Positions 1 to 12,539 of a stretch of DNA of 64,000 nt are shown here, piece after piece. Position numbers and translations under genes: made by a program. Below the pieces are notes generated by a model. That model saw only the letters and a list, made by a program, of their open reading frames with translations. It did no database searches and was not told the origin of the DNA. Position 1 is the stretch's first letter. The number at the start of each line of letters is the position of its first letter. Source of the DNA: Squalus acanthias (Eukaryota); NCBI GenBank assembly GCA_030390025.1, contig JASTWF010000036.1, positions 620,001 through 684,000 of the forward strand, read 5' to 3'.

Positions 1-49
1 TGAGAATGTGGAACTCGCTACCACAGGGAGTGGTTGAGGCGAATAGCAG

Positions 50-350
50 AATAACATAAGATGTAGGAGCAGGAGTAGGTCATTCGGCCCCTCGAGCCTG
101 CTCTGCCATTCAATGAGATCATGGCTGATTTTCGACCTCAACTCCACTTTCCCGCCTGATCCCCATATCCCTCGATTCCCCTAGAGTCCAAAAATCTATC
201 GATCTCAGCCTTGAATATATTCAACGACTGAGCCTCCACAGCCCTCTGGGGTAGAGAATTCCAAAGATTCACTACCCTCTGAGTGAAGAAATTCCTCCTC
301 ATCTCAGTCCTAAATGGCCGACCCCTTATCCTGAGACTGTGACCCCTCGT
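50..350 (-). mobile_element. CR1-type LINE 3' end fragment
   Basis: Translates to [26 protein letters not shown] (CR1 ORF2 C-terminus), followed by 3' UTR gctcgaggggccgaatg and a short-repeat tail. Confidence 0.85.
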
Positions 351-389
351 GACTAACCCTTGCCCCTGCACACCTCTCAGGTCTCAGAC

Positions 390-492
390 TGATGCTGAGT
401 TAGCAGATCACAGATGGTGTGTAATTTGCCTTCGTCCCCTTGAGTTAGTAATTGAGGGGGGGGTGGGGGAAATCAGCCAGGGTTCCTGCTCA
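390..492 (+). mobile_element. Degraded ancient SINE fragment (AmnSINE2-like)
   Basis: tgctgagttagcagatc...aaatcagccagggttcctgctc resembles a recalled conserved SINE core; family name unverified. Confidence 0.4.
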
Positions 493-512
493 TGGTTCCT
501 ACTTAATGTGTC

Positions 513-1090
513 CGCCATAGCTCGGTTGGTAGGTCGTGGGTAAGAGTCTCACTGCAGAGACTTGGGCACAAAATCTAGGCCGACACTCTCAGTGCCAGCA
601 CCGAGGGAGCGCTGCACTGTCGGAGGGGCAGTACTGAGGGAGCGCCGCACTGTCGGAGGGGCAGTACTGAGGGAGCGCCGCACTGTCGGAGGGGCAGTAC
701 TGAGGGAGCGCCGCACTGTCGGAGGGGCAGTACTGAGGGAGCGCCGCACTGTCGGAGAGGCGGTACTGAGGGAGCGCCGCACTGTCGGAGGTGCAGTACT
801 GAGGGAGCACCGCATTGTCGGAGGGGCAGTACTGAGGGAGCGCCGCACTGTCGGAGAGGCGGTACTGAGGGAGCGCCGCACTGTCGGAGGGGCAGTACTG
901 AGGGAGCGCCGCACTGTCGGAGAGGCGGTACTGAGGGAGCGCCGCACTGTCGGAGGGGCAATACTGAGGGAGCGCCGCACTGTCGGAGGGGCAGTACTGA
1001 CGGAGCGCCGCACTGTCGGAGGGGCGGTACTGAGGGAGCGCCGCACTGTCGGAGGGGCCGTCTTTCAGATGAGACGTTAAACTGAGGCCC
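513..1090 (+). mobile_element. Deu-domain tRNA-SINE, 3' truncated, with about 14 units of the 33-bp minisatellite (598-1057)
   Basis: Degenerate tRNA-like head, unit AGTACTGAGGGAGCGCCGCACTGTCGGAGGGGC, then GCCGTCTTTCAGATGAGACGTTAAAC (Deu-domain start). Confidence 0.85.
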
Positions 1091-1193
1091 GCACTGTGTA
1101 ACCGCGCTCGCTCTCTGCCCATTCAGACAGGGCGGGGTCTCTCTGTGTAACCGCGCTCACTCGGACTGGGGCAGGGAGCGGCACTTCACTTAC

Positions 1194-1328
1194 TGATTGA
1201 GGACAGGAAGTCTTCGAAAGCGTCGTAGGGGAACAGAGGCTCGGGCAGCTCCCGGAAGAACATCTTCAGCGCACCGGTGATCACGTGGACATCCTCCCAC
1301 TCGGCGTTGTCCATGTCCAGCTTCTCTT
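1194..1328 (-). CDS. ARHGAP9: ARHGAP9 exon, RhoGAP domain ([45 protein letters not shown]), 135 nt, phase 1-1
   Basis: Acceptor ctccctctgcAG (1330-1329), donor GTAAGT (1193-1188); lies inside ORF 1186..1497. Confidence 0.95.
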
Positions 1329-4300
1329 CTGCAGAGGGAGGGGGGGGGGAACGATTCACAAGAGACAAGACGGGTGAAGGGGAGGCAGAAGGAACGAGGA
1401 GCGCGAACGCATTCGATCGTTTAAGCGACGGCCCTTCGAGGGGCGAGTACCGGGTCCAATAGCTTAAACCCTGGACGGCCGGACGAACAAACCCCAAACC
1501 CCGGGCAGCTGCTGGCCAAAGGGAGCTTCTCCGTCAGACTGGAAGTGGTCAGCACCCAACCCCTTTCCCCGCACCCGCACTCCACAAAAGGTAAGAAAAC
1601 AAAAATGTTAAAACGCATTTCCCCAGCGCCTTTCACCACCTCAGGACGTCCCAAAGCGCTTTCACAGCCAATTAAGTACTATTTTTTTTTGAAGTGTGGT
1701 CACTGTTGTAATGTAGGAAACGCGGCAGCCAATTTGCGCACAGCAAGCTCCCACAAACAGCGATGTGATGATGACCCAGATCATCTGTTTTTTTTCCAAG
1801 TGATGCTGGTTGAGGGATAAATATTGGCCCCAGGACACCAGGGAGAACTCCCCCCCTGCTCTTCTTCGAAATAGCGGCCCGTGGGATCTTTTACATCCAC
1901 CAGAGAGGGCAGACGGGGCCTCGGTTTAACGTCTCATCCGAAAGACGCCCCCTCTGACAGTGTGGCGCTCCCTCAGCACTGCCCCTCCCGACAGTGCGGC
2001 GCTCCCCCAGTACTGCCCCTCCGACAGTGCGGCGCTCCCTCAGTACTGCCCCTCCGACAGTGCGGCGCTCCCTCAGTACTGCCCCTCCGACAGTGCGGCG
2101 CTCCCTCAGTACCGCCCCTCCCACAGTGCGGCGCTCCCTCAGTACTGCCCCTCCGACAGTGCGGCGCTCCCTCAGTACCGCCCCTCCCACAGTGCGGCGC
2201 TCCCTCAGTACCGCCCCTCCGACAATGCGGCGCTCCCTCAGTACCGCCCCTCCGACAATGCGGCGCTCCCTCAGTACCGCCCCTCCGACAATGCGGCGCT
2301 CCCTCAGTACCGCCACGCCGACAATGCGGCGCTCCCTCAGTACTGCCCCTCCGACAGTGCGGCGCTCCCTCAGCACCGCCCCTCCGACAGTGCGGCGCTC
2401 CCTCAGCACCGCCCCTCCGACAGTGCGGCGCTCCCTCAGTACTGACCCTCTGACAGTGCGGCGCTCCCTCAGTACTGCCCCTCCCACAGTGCGGCGCTCC
2501 CTCAGTACTGACCCTCCGACAGTGCGGTGCTCCCTCAGTACTGCCCCTCCCACAGTGCGGCGCTCCCTCAGTACCGCCCCTCCGACAATGCGGCGCTCCC
2601 TCAGTACTGCCCCTCTGACAGTGCGGCGCTCCCTCAGTACTGACCCTCCGACAGTGCGGTGCTCCCTCAGTACCGCCCCTCCGACAGTGCGGCGCTCCCT
2701 CAGTACTGCCCCTCCGACAGTGCAGCTCTCCCTCAGTACTGCCCACTGGGGAGTGTCGGCCTGGTTTACGGGGCTCGAGTCTCTGGAGCGAGGCTCGAAC
2801 CCACGACCTTCTGGCTCAGAGGCGAGAGAGAGTGAGAGAGACCTACTGTGCTGTGGCTGACACCTTTATCTTGTAAGATACGGGAGAACAAACAAGGGTC
2901 AAATCGACCAAACCCGCGCTCACGGGGAGCGCCGGACGGAGGCAGGGTTACGGTACAGCGGTGCTGGCGCTCCAGCCCGCACTCCCTCCGCCAGCTCAGC
3001 GCAATTGCTCTACAAACCATAAAAGACGCACGTCAAGCAGCAGAAGCCATTATCGACACTCGCGGGCAATGAGCAGAGGCACGCAACAGACGCCAAGCAG
3101 CACGTTGAAAGCCCGCTGGAACTTGCCCCCCCTCCTGCGGACGGCGCCCGGACTCCGGGGTCCCGTGAGGAAAGCAATCGCCGCCCTCCCTCTGACGGGG
3201 AGGGTGGAGAGAGGGCCGCCCGCGGTGGGAACCAGCACCGGACCCGGCAGCTGCCATCGGGGGCGGGGGGGGGGGGGGGGGCGGACCCCGCTCTGCTTTG
3301 CCCCGACTTAACCTCGCATCCTCGCGCGCCTCAGCCGAGCGCGTCGCTCGGAGCCCGAACTGCTCCGAAAGCGGAGCGCAGCGAGAATTTCCTCCGTCGA
3401 GGGGAGACCCCGTTCCGTTTCGCTCCCGGTAAAACGACTCCGGGTTCAGACTGCGTCGACACTGTCACGGAAGCCAAACCGTTTCGCGCCAACACTGCAG
3501 CTTGCGCCATCCGCAACGCTTCACGGACTAGCCACCCAGCTTTTGGGAGCGTCTCCCCCCAGCGGTCTACTGTCCCTCCTCTATTGCAGGCGTCCACTCT
3601 TGCTGGGATCCCGCGGCCCTCCAGCACCTCACCCAGGTACCCGTCCTTCGACTGCGAGCTGGGGGGAATGCTAGAGGGAGCCAGTTATACAGCTTGTCCC
3701 CACCTGACACGCACACACATTCACACAGACACACGCACAGACACACGCAGACACACACACACACACTCACTCAGACACACACACACACGCACACAGACAC
3801 ACACACTCACTCACACTCACAGCCACACTCACACTCTCAGCCACACTCACACTCACAGCCACACTCACACTCACAGCCACACTCACTCACACACACACAG
3901 ACACACACACACACACTCACACACCACACAAACACACACCACAGACACACACACACACACTCAGACACACACATTCACAGACACACACACACACACGCGC
4001 ACACAGACACACAAATGCACGCACGCACACGCAAAGACACACACACACTCACTCACACTCACAGACACACTCACACACACACACTGACACAGACACACAC
4101 ACACACACTGAGACACACTCACTCACAGACACACTCACTCACACACTCACTCACACACTCACTCACTCACTGAGACACACACACACTCACTCAGACACAC
4201 ACACACGCACTCACTGACACACACTCACTCACTGACACACACACTCACTCACTGACACACACACACACTCACTCACTGACACACACACACACTCACTCAC

Positions 4301-7300
4301 TGACACACACACACTCACTCACTGACACACACTCACACTCACTGACACACACACACACTCACTCACTGACACACACACACACTCACTCACTGACACACAC
4401 TCACTGACACACACTCACTCACTGACACACACACTCACTCACTGACACACACACTCACTCACTGACACACTCACTCCCTCACTGGCACACACTCACTCAC
4501 ACAGACACACACACACTCACTCACACAGACACACACACACTCACTCACTGACACACTCACTGACACACACACTCACTCACTGACACACACTCACTCACAC
4601 TCACTCACACACACACTCACAGACACACACACTCACTCACTCACTGACACACTCACTCCCTCACTCACACTCACTCACACACACACACACTCACTCACTG
4701 ACACACACACACACTCACTCACTGACACACACTCACACTCACTCACTGACACACACTCACTCACTGACACACACACACACTCACTCACTGACACACACAC
4801 ACACTCACTCACTGACACACACACACTCACTCACTGACACACACTCACACTCACTGACACACACACACACTCACTCACTGACACACACACACACTCACTC
4901 ACTGACACACACTCACTGACACACACTCACTCACTGACACACACACTCACTCACTGACACACTCACTCCCTCACTGGCACACACTCACTCACACAGACAC
5001 ACACACACTCACTCACACAGACACACACACACTCACTCACTGACACACTCACTGACACACACACTCACTCACTGACACACACTCACTCACACTCACTCAC
5101 ACACACACTCACAGACACACACACTCACTCACTCACTGACACACTCACTCCCTCACTCACACACACACACACTCACTCACTCTCACACACACACACTCAC
5201 TGACACACACTCACACACACACACTCACTGACACACACACACACACTCACTGACACACACTCACTCACACACACACACACACACTCACTGACACACACTC
5301 ACTCACACACACACACTCACTCACTCACACACACACACACTCACTCACACACACACACACACTCACTCACACACACACTCACTCCCTCACTCACACACAC
5401 ACACACTCACTCACTCTCACACACACACACTCACTGACACACACTCACACACACACACTCACTGACACACACACACACACTCACTGACACACACTCACTC
5501 ACACACACACACACACACTCACTGACACACACTCACTCACACACACACACTCACTCACTCACACACACACACACTCACTCACACACACACACACACTCAC
5601 TCACACACACACTCACTCACTCACTCACACACACACACACTCACTCACTCTCACACACACACACTCACTGACACACACTCACACACACACACTCACTGAC
5701 ACACACTCACACACACACACTCACTGACACACACACACACACTCACTGACACACACTCACTGACACACACTCACTCACACACACACACTCACTCACTCAC
5801 ACACACACTCACTCACTCACACACACACACTCACTCACACACACACTCACTCACTCACACACACACTCACTCACTGACACACACTCACTCACACACACAC
5901 ACTCACTCACACTCACTCACTCACAGACACACACACTCACTCACACACACACACACACTCACTCACACACACACACTCACTCACTCACTCACACACACAC
6001 TCACTCACTCACACACACACACTCACTCACACACACACACTCACTCACTCACTCACACACACACTCACTCACTGACACACACTCACTCACACACACACAC
6101 TCACTCACAGACACACACACTCACTCACACACACACACACACTCACTCACACACACACACTCACTCACTCACACACACTCACTCACACACACACTCACTC
6201 ACTGACACACACTCACTCACACACACACACTCACTCACACACAGACACACACACTCACTCACACACACACACACACACTCACTCACACACACACACTCAC
6301 TCACTCACACTCACTCACTCACTCACACACACACACACTCACTCACTCTCACACACACACACTCACTGACACACACTCACACACACACACTCACTCACAC
6401 ACACACACTCACTCACACACACACACTCACTCACTCACTCACACACACACTCACTCACTGACACACACTCACTCACACACACACACTCACTCACACTCAC
6501 TCACTCACAGACACACACACTCACTCACACACACACACACACTCACTCACACACACACACTCACTCACTCACACACACACACTCACACACACACTCACTC
6601 ACTCACACACACACTCACTCACTCACACACACACACTCACTCACACACACTCACTCACACACACACACACTCACTGACACACACTCACTCACTCACACAC
6701 ACACACTCACACACACACACACTCACTCACACACACTCACTCACTCACACACACACACTCACACACACACACACTCACTCACACACACACACACAGTCAG
6801 TCACACTGATCAATAGGAGTTGCTGATCAGCGATCGAAGACAGGAGCCCTGATTGTTCCCCTCTCCCCACCCCACCCAACCCCCCCCCGCCACACAACCC
6901 CAGGGAGACACCGAGAACAACCGCCCGACCAACACCCACCCCTCGGCCCTTCCCTCCCGCCCCGGGACCGGCGCCGGCCCGGGGACCTGGGCGACCGTGG
7001 GGTTTCACCAAACAGCGAAAACCCTGGTTTCCATCCGACAAGCGCTTCCCGGGCATAAAAAAGCGGGCGATGCAGAGACATGATGGGAAATGGCACGGGG
7101 ACGGACACACACACACACACAGACTGCACGGTGAAGGACGAGGGGACGCGGAAGCTGCTTGCCACGCGTGGCCGGGCTACGGGAAGCGTGCGAGGGCGGT
7201 TGCGAGGCTTTTGTTTTTCTCTCTACCTTGGTACAGTTCTTCGGGAAACAAGTAGCGCCCGTCGGAAGTCACTGCCCTCTCTGCAAAAGTAACATTGAAC

Positions 7301-10300
7301 GGAAATCTACTGAGTCGTCTTTCTCACCAAGGAGGAGGAAATACAACAAAATAATAAATCACACAACTCGCAGTGCGCAGGAGGAGGCCATTCGGCCCAT
7401 CGTGCCTGTGCCGGCTCTTTGAACGAGCTCTCCAATTAGTCCCACTCTCCCCCCTGCTCTTTCCCCCGTAGCCCTGTGAATTTTTCCCCTTCAAGTATTT
7501 ATCCAATTCCCCTTTTGAAAGTTACTATTGAATCTGCTCCCACCGCCCTTTCAGGCAGCGCGTTCCAGATCACAACAACTCGCTGCGTAAAAAAAAATTC
7601 TCCTCATCTCCCCTCTGGTTCTTTTGCCGATTATCTTCAATCTGTGTCCTCTGGTTACCGACCCTCCTGCCACTGGAAACAGTTTCTCCCTCTCTACTCT
7701 ATCAAAACCCCTCGTAATTTTGAACGCCTCTATTAAATCTCCTCTTAACCTTCTCTGCTCTAAGGAGAACAATCCCAGCTTCTCCAGTCTCTCCACGTAA
7801 CTGAAGTCCCTAATCCCCTGGTACCATTCTGGTCAATCTCCCCCTTAACCTTCTCTGCTCCAAGGAGAACAATCCCAGCTTCTCCAGTCTCTCCACACAA
7901 CTGAAGTCCCCCATCCCCTGGAACCATTCTGGTAAATCTCCTCCGCACCCTCTCCAAGGCCCTTGACATGCTTCCTGAAGTGTGCGCCGCCCAGAATTGG
8001 AGACACAATACTCCGGCTGGGGTCGAACCAGCGATTTATGAAAAGGTTTAGCGCGACTCCCTTGCTTCTTTCCTACGCTAGGCTTGGATTTGTAAAGCCC
8101 AGGGCCCTGTCTGCAAGCTTGGCAGACCCTGTTACGATTGGCGGGCCTGTCCTGACCATGTGCGAGAGCAGCCAGGAGGTTGACTTTTGTCGATACAGAT
8201 CAGCTTGTGGCCGTGCTTTGGCGCTGCCCTTGTTACCTACAGTGTTGTCCACCCTGGCGTCTGTGTGCCCTGATCGAGACACCCCCGAGTGTAGAAGATT
8301 AAGGGGTTGATCTAATCGAGGTGTTTTAAGATGATTAAAGGATTCGATGGGGTCGATAGAGAGAGAAACTATTTCCTCTGGTGGGGGGAGTCCAGAACAA
8401 GGGGGGGCGTAACCTTAAAATTAGAGCCAGGCCGTTCAGGGGTGATGTCAGGAAGCACTTCTTCACACAAAGGGTGGTGGAAATCTGGAACTCTCTCCCC
8501 CCAAAAAGCTGTCGAGGCTGGGGGTCAATTGATAATTTCAAGACTGGGATTGATAGATTTTTGTTGGGTAAGGGCATTAAGGGTCACGGAACCAAGGCGG
8601 GTAGATTGAGTTAAGATACAGATCAGCCACGATCTGATTGAATGGCGGAACAGGCTCGTGGGGCTGAACGGCCTCCTCCTGTTCCTAGTGTAACAGGCTC
8701 GAGGGGGCTGAATGGCCTCGTCCTGTTCCTAATGTAACAGGCTCGAGGGGGGCTGAATGGCCTCGTCCTGTTCCTAATGTAACAGGCTCGAGGGGGCTGA
8801 ATGGCCTCCTCCTGTTCCTAATGTAACAGGCTCGAGGGGGGCTGAATGGCCTCCTCCTGTTCCTAATGTAACAGGCTCGACGGGGGCTGAATGGCCTCCT
8901 CCTGTTCCTAATGTAACAGGCTCGATGGGGGCTGAATGGCCTCCTCCTGTTCCTATGATTCTAAGATTTGACTGTAAAATAAGGTTCAAAAATGGTACAG
9001 GGGTGCCCCCTGGTGGCTACTGCAAGCACAGCTGCTCCTGCTCCTATTTCTCTGGTCAGAGATCATAATTAAGGCATGGACGAGTGTTTCAGCCACGGAT
9101 GGGCTGAGGCAGTGGCGATGTTACGGGAATATAATCCCGTTTGTGCTGCCCTCCTGTCGCAGCTGCTGTCATTGAGTGATACAGCGCAAGAAGAGGCCAT
9201 TCGGCCCATCGTGCCTGTGCCGGTTCTTTGAACGAGCTCTCCAATTAGTCCCACTCTCCCCCCTGCTCTTTCCCCCGTAGCCCTGTGAATTTTTCCCCCT
9301 CATGTATTTATCCAATTCCCCTTTTTGAAAGTTAGTATTGAATCTGCTCCCACCGCCCTTTCAGGCAGCGCATTCCAGATCACAACAACTCGCTGCGTTA
9401 AAAACCATTTCTCCTCATCTCCCCTCTGGTTCTTTTACCGATTATCTTCAATCTGTGTCCTCTGGTTACCGACCCTCCTGCCACTGGAAACAGTTTAGAA
9501 CATAAAAAATAAGAGCAGGAGTCGGCCATTCGGCCCCTCGAGCCTGCTCCGCTATTCAATAAGATCGTGGTTGATCATCGACCTCAACTACACTTTCATC
9601 CCCATTATCCCTTGATTCCCCTCGAGTCCAAAAATCTATCTATCTCAGCCTTGAATCTACTCAAAGACTCAGCACCCACAGCCCTCTGGGGCAGAGAATT
9701 TTCCCAATCTACTCTTATCAAAACCCCTCGTCATTTTGAACACCTCCATTAAATCTCCCCCTTAACCTTCTCTGCTCGAAGGAGAACAACCCCAGCTTCT
9801 CCAGTCTCTCCACATCACTGAAGTCCCTCATCCCTGGTACCATTCTGGTCAATCTCCCCTTAACCTTCTCTGCTCTAAGGAGAACAACCCCAGCTTCTCC
9901 AGTCTCTCCACATCACTGAAGTCCCTCATCCCCTGGAACCATTCTGGTCAATCTCCTCCGCACCCTCTCCAAGGCCCTTGACATCCTTCCTAAAGTGCGG
10001 TGCCCAGAATTGGACACAATACTCCAGCTGGGGCCTAACCAGTGATTTATAAAGGTTACTTCCTGTACACTAACGCTCTATTAACAAGCGATGGTGACTA
10101 TAGATCCCCCCTCCCTCCGTCCTGGGAGAGACCTCACTCACCGTGATCGACCACGAACCTCAGCTTCTGTATAACGGCCAGGTTTCCACTCACTCGGTAA
10201 ATGCCATCTGCGTCCAGCCCTGCGGGGAGCGGAGGGGGAAGTGAAGACAGGGTGTTAATTCTGTTGAGATACGAGGTGGAGGGAAAAGAGAGAGAGAGAG

Positions 10301-10463
10301 AGAAGAGAGAGGGGGAGAGAGAAAAAGAGAGAGAGAGCGAGAGAGGGGATGGAAAACAGAGAGAGTGAGAGAGGGGAGAGAAAAGAGAGAGAGAGAGCGA
10401 GGGGAGAGAAAGAGAGAGAGAGAGAGAGACAGAGAGAGAGAGAGACACAGAGAGAGAGACAGA

Positions 10464-10499
<36 letters not shown>

Positions 10500-10559
10500 C
10501 AGAAAGAGAGAGAGAGAGACAGAGAGAGAGACAGAGAGAGACAGAGAGAGAGACAGAGA

Positions 10560-10603
<44 letters not shown>

Positions 10604-10631
10604 CAGAGAGAGAGACAGAGAGAGAGACAGA

Positions 10632-10667
<36 letters not shown>

Positions 10668-10700
10668 CAGAAAGAGAGAGAGAGAGACAGAGAGAGAGAC

Positions 10701-10765
<65 letters not shown>

Positions 10766-10809
10766 CAGAGACAGAGACAGAGAGAGAGACAGAGAGAGAG
10801 ACAGAGACA

Positions 10810-10867
<58 letters not shown>

Positions 10868-10926
10868 CACAGAGAGAGAGAGAGACAGAGAGACAGAGAG
10901 ACAGAGAGAGAGAGACAGAGACAGAC

Positions 10927-10957
<31 letters not shown>

Positions 10958-11083
10958 GAGAGAGAGAGAGACAGACAGAGAGAGAGAGAGAGACAGACAG
11001 AGAGAGAGAGAGAGACAGACAGAGAGAGAGAGAGACAGAGAGAGAGACAGAGAGGCAGAGAGAGAGGCAGAGAGACAGAGAGA

Positions 11084-11129
<46 letters not shown>

Positions 11130-11163
11130 GACAGAGAGAGAGAGACAGAGAGAGACAGAGAGA

Positions 11164-11236
<73 letters not shown>

Positions 11237-11457
11237 GGGAGAAAAGAGAGAGCGACAGAGAGAGAGAGAGAGAGAGAGGGGAGAAAAGAGAGAGAGAGAG
11301 AGAGAGACAGAGAGAGACAGAGAGAGAGAGACAGAGAGAGGGGAGAAAAGAGAGAGAGAGAGACAGAAAGCGAGAGACAGAGAGAGAGACAGACAGAGAG
11401 AGACAGAGAGAGAGAGCGAGAGAGAGACAGAGACAGAGAGAGAGAGAGAGAGAGACA

Positions 11458-11527
<70 letters not shown>

Positions 11528-11574
11528 GGGGAGAAAAGAGAGAGAGACAGAAAGCGAGAGACAGAGAGAGAGAC

Positions 11575-11615
<41 letters not shown>

Positions 11616-11700
11616 GAGCGAGAGAGAGACAGAGAGAGACAGAGACAGAGAGAAGAGAGAGAGAGAGAGAGACAGACAGAGAGAGAGAGAGAGACAGAGA

Positions 11701-11747
<47 letters not shown>

Positions 11748-11909
11748 AGAGAAAAGAGAGAGCGAGAGAGGGGAGAGAAAAGAGAGAGAGAGCGAGAGAG
11801 GGGAGAGAAAAGAGAGAGAGAGAGGGGGAGAGAGAAAAAGAGAGAGAGCGAGAGAGAAGAGAGAGAGAGGGGAGGGAAAAGAGAGAGGAGAGAGAGAGAG
11901 AGAGACAGC

Positions 11910-11990
<81 letters not shown>

Positions 11991-11992
11991 GC

Positions 11993-12023
<31 letters not shown>

Positions 12024-12083
12024 CAGAGAGAGAGAGAGAGGCAGAGAGAGACAGAGAGAGACAGAGAGAGAGAGAGAGACAGA

Positions 12084-12117
<34 letters not shown>

Positions 12118-12195
12118 CAGAGAGAGAGAGAGACAGAGAGAGAGACAGAGAGAGAGAGAGAGGCAGAGAGAGAGACAGAGAGAGAGAGAGACAGA

Positions 12196-12255
<60 letters not shown>

Positions 12256-12259
12256 CAGA

Positions 12260-12329
<70 letters not shown>

Positions 12330-12354
12330 GAGAGAGAGACAGAGAGAGAGAGAG

Positions 12355-12395
<41 letters not shown>

Positions 12396-12499
12396 GAGAG
12401 AGACAGAGAGCGAGAGAGGGGAGAGAAAAGAGAGAGAGATGGGGAGAGAGAAAAAGAGAGAGAGCGAGAGAGAAGAGAGAGGGAGGGGAGGGAAAAGAG

Positions 12500-12539
<40 letters not shown>

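Noticed and set aside
598..1057. CRISPR-like appearance of the ~33-bp repeats with a palindromic CAGTACTG core
   Set aside because: Units are directly adjacent with no unique spacers, there are no cas genes, and the context is vertebrate.
2870..3700. Telomerase RNA or RNase P/MRP RNA in the CpG-rich segment
   Set aside because: Only a partial TAACCCT on the minus strand; no pseudoknot, CR4/5, H/ACA or P4 consensus was recognisable.
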